The notes: generated by a model not told the origin, from the sequence alone. Counted from the stretch's first letter, positions 32,725-41,966 are shown. The stretch: 49,602 nucleotides of DNA from Dehalococcoidia bacterium (GCA_963666115.2 CAXXET010000009.1:1-49602); one strand, 5' to 3'. Program-made: numbers and translations.

Positions 32725-33471
32725 TTAGCCCTGCCAACCGTGCTGGCGGAGGACGTTTCTGTCAGCGTCGGTGAGGCGGGCGGCATCCAGAAGGTCGGGG
32801 CGGCGTTGGAGGGTGCGGAGGAGGGATTGTTCGCGCCGCCACTGGCCGACGCGGGCGTGGTCGCCGGACAGGAGGATGTCCGGCACAGGCTCATCCTCCC
32901 ACTCGGCGGGGCGCGTGTATTGCGGATACTGCAACAGGCCGGACGCGAATGAGTCGGCCTTGCCGGAATCCTCGCCGCCCAGCACGCCCGGTGTCCGCCG
33001 CGCAACGGCCTCGATGAACACCATCGCGGGCAGCTCTCCGCCCGTCAGCACGTAGTCGCCGATGGAGATTTCATGCGTGATGAGCCGCCGGCGGACGCGC
33101 TCGTCGATGCCCTCGTAGCGCCCTGAGACGATGATTATGTCATCCAGCGCGGCGAATCGATCGACGATGCCCTGCGTCAACCGCTCGCCTTGCGGGTCCA
33201 TGAGAACGACGGGCGGCTCATTCGCCTGGCCACGGCCCGCGCCCTGCCGGGCGTCCCTGATGGCTGCGGCCAGCGGGCCGGCCTTGAGCACCATGCCGGG
33301 GCCGCCGCCAAACGCTGCGTCGTCAACAACGTTGTGCGGCCCCTCGCCGTAGTCGCGGAGATTGTAGAGAAACAGTTCAACGGCGCCGCTGTTCAGCGCG
33401 CGCCCGATGATGCTCTCCCCCAGCGGGCCGGGAAAGAGGCCGGGGAAGAGCGTGACGACGTGAACCTTCAC
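32725..33471 (-). CDS. trmD: tRNA (guanine37-N1)-methyltransferase
   Basis: [43 protein letters not shown]. Confidence 0.98.
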   Translation of the reverse strand: MKVHVVTLFPGLFPGPLGESIIGRALNSGAVELFLYNLRDYGEGPHNVVDDAAFGGGPGMVLKAGPLAAAIRDARQGAGRGQANEPPVVLMDPQGERLTQGIVDRFAALDDIIIVSGRYEGIDERVRRRLITHEISIGDYVLTGGELPAMVFIEAVARRTPGVLGGEDSGKADSFASGLLQYPQYTRPAEWEDEPVPDILLSGDHARVGQWRREQSLLRTLQRRPDLLDAARLTDADRNVLRQHGWQG

Positions 33472-33486
33472 CGGAGGGTTTTTGGC

Positions 33487-33993
33487 CTATGCCTGCTGCG
33501 TCGGGTGTTCGTCCGCGCGGGGCTGCGTGAGCACTTCAAGAAGGTGGGGCAGGATAGGCATGACAACGTCAAGGCACTCCTGCACGGCCTTTGGGCTGCC
33601 GGGGAGATTGATTATCAGCGTCGCGCCGCGAATGCCGACCACCTGGCGGGATGCCATCGCCATTGGCGTCTTGGCAAAGGTCTGGGCGCGCATCTGCTCC
33701 GCGATGCCGGGCACGAGGCGGTCCACGACGTCAAGAGTGGCTTCCGGCGTTACGTCGCGCGGGCCGACGCCGGTGCCCCCGGTGGTGATCACTAGGGAAA
33801 CGGTCTCACCGTCCGCCCACGCGCGAAGCTGCTCGGCGATAACGGCGCGGTCATCCGGCACGATGGCTTTTTCGGACACGGTCCAGCTTTCGGCGGCGGC
33901 GATTTCCTCAATCAATTTACCGCTTCGGTCTGCTCTCTCGCCGGCGGCGCCTGAGTCGCTGGCGACCAGGATGGCAACGGTGATTTCAGTCAT
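33487..33993 (-). CDS. MogA/MoaB molybdopterin adenylyltransferase
   Basis: ASD, IVPDD, TTGGTGVGPRDVTPEAT, INLPGSPKAV. Confidence 0.93.
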   Translation of the reverse strand: MTEITVAILVASDSGAAGERADRSGKLIEEIAAAESWTVSEKAIVPDDRAVIAEQLRAWADGETVSLVITTGGTGVGPRDVTPEATLDVVDRLVPGIAEQMRAQTFAKTPMAMASRQVVGIRGATLIINLPGSPKAVQECLDVVMPILPHLLEVLTQPRADEHPTQQA

Positions 33994-34020
33994 GGAGTTA
34001 GTCTAGCGGAATACGTTGGG

Positions 34021-34047
34021 AGATTCTTCGCTGCGCTCAGAATGACA
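34021..34047. repeat. REP-like palindrome family A
   Basis: AGATTCTTCGCTGCGCTCAGAATGACA, identical to 13257-13283. Confidence 0.8.
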
Positions 34048-34053
34048 TTGAGG

Positions 34054-34824
34054 CTAGAGCATGCGGCGGTTGGTGTCATTCACGGTTGGGTAGGCGAGAT
34101 CGAGGATGTTGCTGAAGGCGGCCTTGACCTTATCCCGGTCCGTGTCCGTCCAGGGCTGGCCGTTCTTGGGCAGGAGGTCAAGCAGGTTCATGAAGATGTC
34201 CGGCACGCTGTCAGGGCGGTTTACGCTCAATTCGGCGGGCGCGGGCAGGATTTCGGGCTCGATTTCCGTTTTCGGCGCTGATTCCGAAATTTTTTCGCTC
34301 TCCGCTGTCCCGTTCCGATTTGTGGTTGTCCTCCGGCGTGTCCTTGTCCCTTGCCCCCTGGCGAAAAGGGCGGGATGCACCTCCAGACCGGCTTCCCTGG
34401 CGAAATTAACGAAAAAGCTCACGGCCTTTTCCGCCGTCGCGTTTGCGCTGCCGGCGTTCCGAAACGCCCCATGAATCTGCTGGCGTGTCGCGCGGGCCGG
34501 ATCGATGCCCTCGAGGATTGGCGCGTACCTCTCCCGGTAAATGGCCGCGAGGATGCGCCGCTGGGCCTCTTGCGACTCCGCCTCTGCCAGGTTCGTCAGC
34601 CTGCCTGACGTAGCCCCGGTCGAATCTGTGAGGCCAAGGAATGTCAGCGCGCCCTGCAGGCCTGATTTCGTCGACCCGGAGAAAGGCGTCTGCCGCCAGA
34701 CGCTGGTATCCAGCCGTTCCGGCACGGGCATCAGGCTACTCTTGAGATAGGCCAGGAACGTGTCCCAGCTCCTATAGGAGACATAGGGCGGAGCGGCCCC
34801 TCCTGCGCTGTTTCCGTTGGTCAT
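34054..34824 (-). CDS. DUF5343-like protein
   Basis: PPYVSY..W.TFL..LK...PERLD, ALTFLGL.D..G, AEKAVSFF...AREAG, basic linker, C-terminal LLDLLP..G.PW. Confidence 0.6.
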   Translation of the reverse strand: MTNGNSAGGAAPPYVSYRSWDTFLAYLKSSLMPVPERLDTSVWRQTPFSGSTKSGLQGALTFLGLTDSTGATSGRLTNLAEAESQEAQRRILAAIYRERYAPILEGIDPARATRQQIHGAFRNAGSANATAEKAVSFFVNFAREAGLEVHPALFARGQGTRTRRRTTTNRNGTAESEKISESAPKTEIEPEILPAPAELSVNRPDSVPDIFMNLLDLLPKNGQPWTDTDRDKVKAAFSNILDLAYPTVNDTNRRML

Positions 34825-34868
34825 GTTTTGTTGTCCCCGCGTTTTTTCGGCCTGCAGACCATATGAGG

Positions 34869-34897
34869 ATTTTCGGTCATTGCGCCCGCGCTGTCAA
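34869..34897 (-). promoter_or_regulatory. sigma70-type promoter of the DUF5343-like gene
   Basis: TTGACA-17 nt-GAAAAT on the minus strand. Confidence 0.45.
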
Positions 34898-35068
34898 CGT
34901 TAATTTTTCGGGCAAGTTTCGCTCACAAACGGCCATGGGGGACAGAGGGGGACAATTTGTTGAGCATGGGTTGATTTCGGTTCAGGATTGTTCATGCGAC
35001 GGGGAAAAAGGGACGCGGGCGATACGCACGGGCGTCCCTGACAAGGAAGGATTGGGAGCAAGGAGGGA

Positions 35069-36013
35069 GTGATGGTAGCTAATTCGCACATCTACCACGT
35101 CCCTGCCCTATTGGACGAAGTCATCGAAACGCTTCAGCCGTATGCCGGTGGGAAGTACATCGACTGCACGCTCGGCGAGGGGTCCGTCACGGAGGCGCTC
35201 CTCTCTGCGGGCGGGCGCGTGCTTGGCATCGATGCTGACCCGGAGATGCTATCGTCGGCGGCGCGCCGTCTGGACGACCTGCCGAACGCGCGCTACACGC
35301 TTGTGCAGGCGAACTTCGCGTTCCTTAAAGAGGTGGCCATCGCACATGGCTTCACGCAGGCGCAGGGAATCATCATGGACGTTGGCCTGTCTTCTCGGCA
35401 GTTGCAGGCCATACGTCGCGGCTTCACGTTCCAGGACGATCAGCCACTGGACATGCGGTATGACCCTCGGCAAGACGTCACCGCCGCAGACCTGGTGAAC
35501 GACCTCCCGGAGCAGGAGCTTATCGACCTCCTCAGGACGTACGGCGAGGAGGACGCGTGGTCGGCCCGGTCCATCGCGAGGACAATTATCGGGCGACGGC
35601 CACTCAGCACGACGCGCGAGCTCGTTGAGTGCATCGAGTTCGCGGTTGGACAGCGCAGCGCGGCGCGGATACACCCGGCCACCAAGGCGTTCATGGCGCT
35701 TCGGATGACCGTGAACGCAGACCTCCAGGCCCTGGAGTCGGCCCTCCCGCAGGCACTGGAGTTGTTGGCGCCCGGCGGCAAGCTGGCCGTCATCGGGTAC
35801 CAAAGCCTGGAGGACCGCGTCGTCAAGCGGTTCCTCCACCAGGAGGCAAAGGATTGCCTTTGCCCCCCTGCCCAACCGGTCTGCACGTGCGAGCACGAGG
35901 CGACGGTTAGGCTGTTGCGGCGGCAGGGCATCACGCCCTCCATCGCGGAGATCGCGCGCAATCCCGCAAGCCGGTCGGCCCGGCTGCGGGTGGCGGAGCG
36001 CACAGCGGCATAG
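35069..36013 (+). CDS. rsmH: 16S rRNA m4C1402 methyltransferase
   Basis: HVP.LL.EV, DCTLGEG, DVGLSSRQL, PLDMR, YGEE, HPATK.F.ALR..VN, SLEDR.VK, NPASRSARLR. Confidence 0.96.
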   Translation: MMVANSHIYHVPALLDEVIETLQPYAGGKYIDCTLGEGSVTEALLSAGGRVLGIDADPEMLSSAARRLDDLPNARYTLVQANFAFLKEVAIAHGFTQAQGIIMDVGLSSRQLQAIRRGFTFQDDQPLDMRYDPRQDVTAADLVNDLPEQELIDLLRTYGEEDAWSARSIARTIIGRRPLSTTRELVECIEFAVGQRSAARIHPATKAFMALRMTVNADLQALESALPQALELLAPGGKLAVIGYQSLEDRVVKRFLHQEAKDCLCPPAQPVCTCEHEATVRLLRRQGITPSIAEIARNPASRSARLRVAERTAA

Positions 36014-36105
36014 GGCCGCAGAGAGCAGCGCAGCACGGGAAGCACAGGGACGAGAGACAGGCAGCGCAGCGCGGAAAAGCAGTGAGAAACGCGGAGAGTC
36101 GAAAG

Positions 36106-37152
36106 ATGGATCGGATAATCGCAGGCGTCGAACTCGCCGATAGGAAACTACGGATCGCCGTCGGACGCCACCGCCCGGGGTCCACGCGGATGCTCGCGTA
36201 CAGCGAGGCGGCCTCGGCGGGCATTGAGAATGACACGGTGGTCAACGCGCAGGAGTTGGGCATGGCCCTGTCCGGCATATCCCGGCAACTGCGGACAACG
36301 GTGGATTTCCCGCTTGAGAACGTGGTCTTCATCGTTCCCGCCGGCCACCTCCAATATCACCCCTCCATGTCCGTCTCATGCGACGCTTCCACCGCCGCGA
36401 ACATCCGTGACGCGGCGCGGCATCTTGGCAGCGAGAACGTCGCCCTGATGGCGGCGCCGCTGGCGGAAAGCCACGGCTCGCTGACGGACACGGAGCGGGA
36501 ACGCGGCGCGGCGGTTCTCTCAATCGGCGAGCACATGAGCACGATCACCGTCATGCGCTACGGCAAGTACCTTGGCACGGCGAAGATCGGCATCGGCGCC
36601 CACCACTTCACGAACGATCTCGTGATCGCCTTGGATCTCCCCTACCCTATTGCCCAGGCCGTGATGGATCAGGTTGCAACCGTCTCCGACACCATGGGGC
36701 CGGCACGCGCCGCCGTCACGGTGGACGGTAAGGACGTGGACATCGACCGGGTGCGGATGGCGGCAACCCTGCGCGACCGGGCCGATGAGTTCCTCGCTCT
36801 CACTGAGACCGCCATCGGGAGGATCGCCGGAAACCGTGAGCTTCCGGGCGGTGTGGCCATCGCCGGGCGGCCGGTGCTGCGCGAAGGACTCCTCCAGCTT
36901 GGACGTTCGGCGCTCTCCCTCCCCGTCTACCGGGCGACACCGCGCGGCATCGAGGGCATTCCGCAGGCTATATCGACCAACACAGCATGGGTTCCGGCTG
37001 TTGGAATCCTTGCCTGGGCGGGCGCGATCGCGGACCCGCTCACGCATCCCCTGTTCCATGCCGAGCCGCACAAGCGGTCCGGCAGCATTCTTTCAACGTG
37101 GCGTCGCCTGGCTCGCAGGCGTGAACAACGCCGGGAAATTGCGCGGGTTTAG
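36106..37152 (+). CDS. ftsA: degenerate FtsA-like protein
   Basis: Located between rsmH and ftsZ; PLAES..SLT..ERE.G..V..IG, IGAHHFTNDL..AL, GG..I.G, AVG; C-terminal amphipathic helix; short, with degenerate ATP motifs. Confidence 0.75.
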   Translation: MDRIIAGVELADRKLRIAVGRHRPGSTRMLAYSEAASAGIENDTVVNAQELGMALSGISRQLRTTVDFPLENVVFIVPAGHLQYHPSMSVSCDASTAANIRDAARHLGSENVALMAAPLAESHGSLTDTERERGAAVLSIGEHMSTITVMRYGKYLGTAKIGIGAHHFTNDLVIALDLPYPIAQAVMDQVATVSDTMGPARAAVTVDGKDVDIDRVRMAATLRDRADEFLALTETAIGRIAGNRELPGGVAIAGRPVLREGLLQLGRSALSLPVYRATPRGIEGIPQAISTNTAWVPAVGILAWAGAIADPLTHPLFHAEPHKRSGSILSTWRRLARRREQRREIARV

Positions 37153-37182
37153 GGAAAACGAAAGCAGGAGAGGAGTACGGAT

Positions 37183-38250
37183 ATGGCACTGCCTGAAGAT
37201 GTAGACGGGTTGGTTCGCATCAAGGCGTTCGGCGTCGGGGGCGGCGGCGGCAACGCGGTGTCCCGGATGGCGCGCGAAGCCGTCCCGGGCATCGAGTACA
37301 TCGCCGTGAACACGGACGCGCAGGCGCTTGCGCGGACGGACGCCCCCTATCGCCTTCGCATTGGCGACCAGATCACGCGCGGGCTGGGCGCGGGCGGCAA
37401 CCCTGAGATTGGCCGGCAAGCCGCGGAGGAGAGCCGCGACGACATCTATGAGACCGTCAAGAACTCCGACATGGTCTTCGTGGCCAGCGGCATGGGCGGC
37501 GGCACCGGCACGGGAGCGGCCCCGGTGATCGCCAACGTCGCCAGGGAAACCGGCGCGCTGACCATCGGCATCGTCACCCGGCCCTTCGCATTTGAGGGAA
37601 CGCACCGGGCGCGGCAGGCCGAGGAAGGCATTGCCAACCTGCACGGCGCCGTTGACAGCCTGATCATCGTTCCGAACGAGCGGCTTCTTGCCGTGGCCGG
37701 CACGGAAGCCTCATGGCACGATGCGTTCCGCATGGCGGACGATGTTCTCGGACAGGGCGTCCACGCCATCTCCGAGCTTGTCACCGTCCCCGGCGAGATC
37801 AACCTCGACTTCGCGGACGTGCGAACCGTCATGTCCATGTCCGGCCAGGCCCTCATGGCCATCGGCACGGGGCGCGGCAGCACGCGGGCGACAGACGCGG
37901 CGAAGGCGGCGATCCAGAACCCGCTGCTTGAGATCGACATCACGGGCGCAACCGGCGTCATGTACAACATCACCGCCGGCTCCGACCTCTCGCTTGCGGA
38001 GATTCACGCGGCCTCGGACATCATTTCCCAGGCAGTTGACCCCAACGCCAACATCATCTTCGGTGTCGTGTCCAACCGCGCCAGCGACGGCGAGGTGCAG
38101 CTGACCCTCATCGCCACCGGCTTTGAGACCACGCAGGACACCTTCGAGGATGACGAAGTGGTCGATCAGATTCTGCGCGACGCGCTGGGCGACGGAGACC
38201 TTGATCTCCCGCCGTTCCTGCGCCGCAAGACGAGGAGGATTGCCCGCTAA
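37183..38250 (+). CDS. ftsZ: cell division protein FtsZ
   Basis: GVGGGGGNAV, NTDAQAL, GMGGGTGTG, INLDFADV, C-terminal DLPPFLRR. Confidence 0.99.
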   Translation: MALPEDVDGLVRIKAFGVGGGGGNAVSRMAREAVPGIEYIAVNTDAQALARTDAPYRLRIGDQITRGLGAGGNPEIGRQAAEESRDDIYETVKNSDMVFVASGMGGGTGTGAAPVIANVARETGALTIGIVTRPFAFEGTHRARQAEEGIANLHGAVDSLIIVPNERLLAVAGTEASWHDAFRMADDVLGQGVHAISELVTVPGEINLDFADVRTVMSMSGQALMAIGTGRGSTRATDAAKAAIQNPLLEIDITGATGVMYNITAGSDLSLAEIHAASDIISQAVDPNANIIFGVVSNRASDGEVQLTLIATGFETTQDTFEDDEVVDQILRDALGDGDLDLPPFLRRKTRRIAR

Positions 38251-38287
38251 AGCCCCTTTCGGGCTACCAAATAGAACTTTCAGCACC

Positions 38288-38371
38288 CAGTCTTCCCCTA
38301 CCCCCAGGGAAGCGCAGGCCACCCGATCTATCGGTGTTTCGGCCTGCGTTTTCCTTTTTGCGAGCCTAAGC
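38288..38371. repeat. 84-bp direct repeat, copy 1 (contains the ftsZ terminator)
   Basis: Base-for-base identical to 39820-39903. Confidence 0.95.
38308..38359 (+). terminator. rho-independent terminator of ftsZ
   Basis: GGAAGCGCAGGCC...GGCCTGCGTTTTCC stem followed by TTTTT. Confidence 0.8.
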
Positions 38372-38422
38372 GCCACTCGGTGGCTTGGCTCGGATAACCA
38401 AGTTTCCGGCAAGGGCCAGGAG

Positions 38423-39799
38423 TCATCTCAGTGACTGAACAAGCGCATCGCCGATAGCGGTCGATGGCTTTACTTCATAACAGAGCTCACGCAGTTGCTC
38501 TTGGCGGGCATCCTTCTCTTCCGAATCAGTGACGGCATCACCATAGAGAAGATCATAGGCTGATTCCGGATGAAGCACCGGAGCGTTTCGCGCAATTACC
38601 TGCAGGTACTGTCGATGCACTCGCATTATCCCTTCATCCACTCCAACGACCGGGTATAGCGGAACGTGAACGTCATCTGGCACTGCAATTGAGTAACCGT
38701 GAACGGCGTCCTGCCTGTCGCTGAAACACCGCGCAAAGTTGAGCGAGTAAATGAGTTTCTGGATCATCGATGGCGAGAGGCCGAGGTCGCTCGACCGTGA
38801 GTGTTCACGCAGCAAGTCCCGGGCAAAATCGAGAGACATGCCAATGTCGGCCCGTTCTTCAAATTCGTCCCAAATCAGGCGGATCAGGGCATCCCGCGTC
38901 CTCCAGGGAATGAGCGGGATGCGGTTTTCTTGGAGGATTCTCCGATAGCTTGCCGTAATCGTCGCCTGTGATGAGTAGTCGTACTCCGGGGAAAGTAGAC
39001 CGACGTGTGGCACCGCAGGTGCCCCATGAGAGGGAATTGCCGCCATGACCATATCTGAGCCCGGGTTTTCCGAGACGCTGACATAACCCTGCTCCTGGGC
39101 ATCTTGTGCTAGCTGTTTGAACGTAGTCTTGTACCTCTCCAGGTCAAAGGAGGGAGAGAGCTGTTTCATCATCGAATGAACTGCTGCGCCTGTTGTTGGC
39201 CGCCCGCCGCGATCCAACGCCTCTACGGCCCGACGCATAAGCGAGTGGGCCTCAGCTGGGTCGGGTAGGGCAACCACTTCGGAAGATTCTTCCGGGGCCG
39301 GAGGAACAATGTCGTCGTAGTAGACGTACGAGTCGCAGGCCTCCACGAGAACACGACTGACTCCGGCCTCTACCCCAATGCCGACTACCACAACGCCATA
39401 GCGCCTTAGCTTCTGGACCAACGGCACGTAATCTCGGTCTCCGCCGACTATCACTACTGTGTCGGGTCGTACCGGGGAGAACACCATCTCAAGGGCGTCA
39501 ACCGCGAGTTGAATGTCTGCCGTATTCTTGTGCTCTCGGCTGGCGGCGGATGTCAGCAATTCAACCAGTTCGATCGCGCTGGACCTAAAGTCCCCAAGAA
39601 CAGGCCTCAAGAGGTCGGATGTCCAGTCCCCATAAGCCTTCGCCGACATCAAAGCGCCCTGTTGCCGCGCTCGCTCGATAATCAGTGACAGATGAAACGG
39701 CAGGCCCGAGTTCTGCGCGAGAATGAGGACGTTGTCAACGTCAATAAAGAGCGCAACGCGTCGGTTTCCAATACCACTAGCATCGTTGGCGTCCACCAT
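38423..39799 (-). CDS. NYN (LabA/DUF88) RNase with an OST-HTH/LOTUS-like domain and an extra C-terminal domain
   Basis: ALFIDVDN, AYGDW, KNTADIQLAVDA, GGDRDYVPLVQKLR, ACDSYVYYDD; LOTUS-like MKQLSPSFD..RY..FKQL. Confidence 0.88.
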   Translation of the reverse strand: MVDANDASGIGNRRVALFIDVDNVLILAQNSGLPFHLSLIIERARQQGALMSAKAYGDWTSDLLRPVLGDFRSSAIELVELLTSAASREHKNTADIQLAVDALEMVFSPVRPDTVVIVGGDRDYVPLVQKLRRYGVVVVGIGVEAGVSRVLVEACDSYVYYDDIVPPAPEESSEVVALPDPAEAHSLMRRAVEALDRGGRPTTGAAVHSMMKQLSPSFDLERYKTTFKQLAQDAQEQGYVSVSENPGSDMVMAAIPSHGAPAVPHVGLLSPEYDYSSQATITASYRRILQENRIPLIPWRTRDALIRLIWDEFEERADIGMSLDFARDLLREHSRSSDLGLSPSMIQKLIYSLNFARCFSDRQDAVHGYSIAVPDDVHVPLYPVVGVDEGIMRVHRQYLQVIARNAPVLHPESAYDLLYGDAVTDSEEKDARQEQLRELCYEVKPSTAIGDALVQSLR

Positions 39800-39819
39800 G
39801 GCAGCACTCCCCCCGATCT

Positions 39820-39903
39820 CAGTCTTCCCCTACCCCCAGGGAAGCGCAGGCCACCCGATCTATCGGTGTTTCGGCCTGCGTTTTCCTTTTTGCGAGCCTA
39901 AGC
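39820..39903. repeat. 84-bp direct repeat, copy 2
   Basis: Identical to 38288-38371. Confidence 0.95.
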
Positions 39904-39952
39904 CGATGCGCGAGACGTGGTCGATGTGCGAGCCGCGGCGGTTGCGCGGGCT

Positions 39953-40897
39953 TTAGCCCGCTATCGCCCGGGTCAGTTCCGGCGGAAGCTGGAAGGTGAC
40001 GTTCTCTTCGAGCGCCTTCAGGGTCCGCACGTCCCCCACCCCTGCGGCCATGAAATGCGCGATGACCTCTTCCACGAGGGAGTCCGGCGTGGACGCCCCT
40101 GAGGTGATGCCGACGGAAACGGCGCCCTCCAGCCAGGATTCATCCAGGTCCACCAGGCTGTTGATCAGATACGCCCTGCACTGCCCCGTCTCCGCCACTT
40201 CCTTCAGTCGCTGCGAGTTGCTGCTGTTCTCCGCGCCGAGCACGAGGACGACGTCCGTTTCCTCGGCAAGCAGCTTCACCGCGTCCTGCCGGTTCTGCGT
40301 GGCAAAGCAGATGTCGGAGCGCGCAGGCATCCGAATCCTGGGAAAGCGCGCCTTGAGGGCATCCACAATGTCTTTCGTCTCATCCACGCTCAGGGTCGTT
40401 TGCGTCACAAGCGCGACGCGCTCTTCGTCCGGAACACTGACCATGGCCGCGTCATCCATATCCTGGACCAAGATGATATCGTCCGGGGCCTCTCCCATCG
40501 TGCCGACGATCTCATCATGCCCCGCGTGGCCGACGAGGAGCACCTTGTAGCCGTCCCGCACGTACCGGACGGCCTCCACGTGAACCTTTGTCACCAGCGG
40601 GCACGTCGCGTCGATCACGTCGAGTTCTCGTCCCTGCGCCAGTTCCCGCACGATGGGCGCGATGCCGTGGGCGCTGAAAATGACGCGCGCGCCTGCCGGA
40701 ACGTCGGACACCTCTTCGACGAATACCGCGCCCTTTCGCTCCAAATCCTGCACGACGAACAGGTTGTGCACGATCTGCCTGCGGACATAGATCGGCGGGC
40801 CGTATTCCGCCAGCGCCAACTCGACCGCCTCGATGGCCCGGATCACACCGGCGCAGAATCCGCGCGGCTCCGCAAGAATAACTCGTTCGATTGTCAC
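39953..40897 (-). CDS. ispH: 4-hydroxy-3-methylbut-2-enyl diphosphate reductase
   Basis: PRGFCAGV, IVHN, SAHG, DATCPLV, QTT, DICFATQNRQ, SSNS, GASTP. Confidence 0.98.
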   Translation of the reverse strand: MTIERVILAEPRGFCAGVIRAIEAVELALAEYGPPIYVRRQIVHNLFVVQDLERKGAVFVEEVSDVPAGARVIFSAHGIAPIVRELAQGRELDVIDATCPLVTKVHVEAVRYVRDGYKVLLVGHAGHDEIVGTMGEAPDDIILVQDMDDAAMVSVPDEERVALVTQTTLSVDETKDIVDALKARFPRIRMPARSDICFATQNRQDAVKLLAEETDVVLVLGAENSSNSQRLKEVAETGQCRAYLINSLVDLDESWLEGAVSVGITSGASTPDSLVEEVIAHFMAAGVGDVRTLKALEENVTFQLPPELTRAIAG

Positions 40898-41030
40898 AGC
40901 GCCCTCACGTCACGTTGCTGAAGTCGTTTCCTTCTGCCTTAAGCATACACAAAGCTTTCACCCCTGCCCTCCCGCGCAGCGCCGCTCATGGACGCGGGCA
41001 ATGTTGTTATAGTGGTGACGGAGGTGGCCT

Positions 41031-41966
41031 GTGAACGACATTCGTCTCCACCGCGAGATTCCCCGAAACGTCCGCACCGTCATCATGGCGTTCTTTGGAT
41101 GGTCCGACGCCGGCGATGCCGCGACGGGCGCCGTCGATTTCCTTGCGCGCGCCCGGAACGCCGAGCTTGTCGCCGAGTTTGACCCGGACGAGTTCTTCAA
41201 CTTCACGGACTACCGCCCGATCGTCAACGTGGACGACTCCGGCGTGCGGTCTCTTACGTGGCCGCAGAACCGCTTCTTTCTCGCGCCCGGCACGGACGCG
41301 ACCGAGCCGCTTCTACTCTTCTCCGGTATCGAGCCGCACCTCCGGTGGAACCGCTTCAGCAACCAGTTCATCGATTTCCTCCTCGAATGCGGCGTGGAGC
41401 ACCTGGTCTCGTTCGGCGCGCTGCTCAACGCCGTGCCGCACACGCGCAAGCCGTACGTCAACGGCAGCAGCAGGACGCCGGAGATCAAGGCGACAATGGA
41501 GCGCCTCGGAATCTCGCGCGGCGGCTCCTATAACGGCCCGACGGGCATCTCGTCCGTCATTGCGGAGGCGTGCCAGCGGCGCGGCATCAGTTCGTCCAGC
41601 TTCTGGGGCCACGTGCCGCACTACATCCAGACGTCGCCGAACCCCACCATCATCCATGCGATTTTAGACACCCTGCGGCAGTCCATGGGCATCGGCGCGG
41701 ACCTCCGCGAGTTGGAGGGCGAGTCCGCAGCGTTCTATGAGCAGTGCGAAGAGGCCATCGAGGAAGAGCCGTCCATGCGGCAGTACGTCCGCAAGCTGGA
41801 GCAGTACTACGACGAGACGGAGGCGGAGCGACAAACAGGCCAACCGCGCGGCGGCACAAGCATCATCACGCCCGGCTCGCCGGAGTTCCCGGACGCGCAG
41901 GACCTCGTAGACGACCTGGAGGACTTTCTGCGGCGGCGTCCGCCGTTCAATGGGTCATCCTCGTAA
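41031..41966 (+). CDS. PAC2 (proteasome assembly chaperone) family protein
   Basis: AFFGWSDAGDAA, DPDEFF.F..YRP, GIEP..RW..F, VPHTR, YNGPTGI, WGHVPHY, YVRKLE. Confidence 0.9.
   Translation: MNDIRLHREIPRNVRTVIMAFFGWSDAGDAATGAVDFLARARNAELVAEFDPDEFFNFTDYRPIVNVDDSGVRSLTWPQNRFFLAPGTDATEPLLLFSGIEPHLRWNRFSNQFIDFLLECGVEHLVSFGALLNAVPHTRKPYVNGSSRTPEIKATMERLGISRGGSYNGPTGISSVIAEACQRRGISSSSFWGHVPHYIQTSPNPTIIHAILDTLRQSMGIGADLRELEGESAAFYEQCEEAIEEEPSMRQYVRKLEQYYDETEAERQTGQPRGGTSIITPGSPEFPDAQDLVDDLEDFLRRRPPFNGSSS

Noticed and set aside
38288-39903. 84-bp repeats as integron attC sites or a mini-CRISPR
   Set aside because: No RYYYAAC...GTTRRRY boundaries, only two copies 1.5 kb apart, no intI or cas gene, and the hairpin is explained as the ftsZ terminator.
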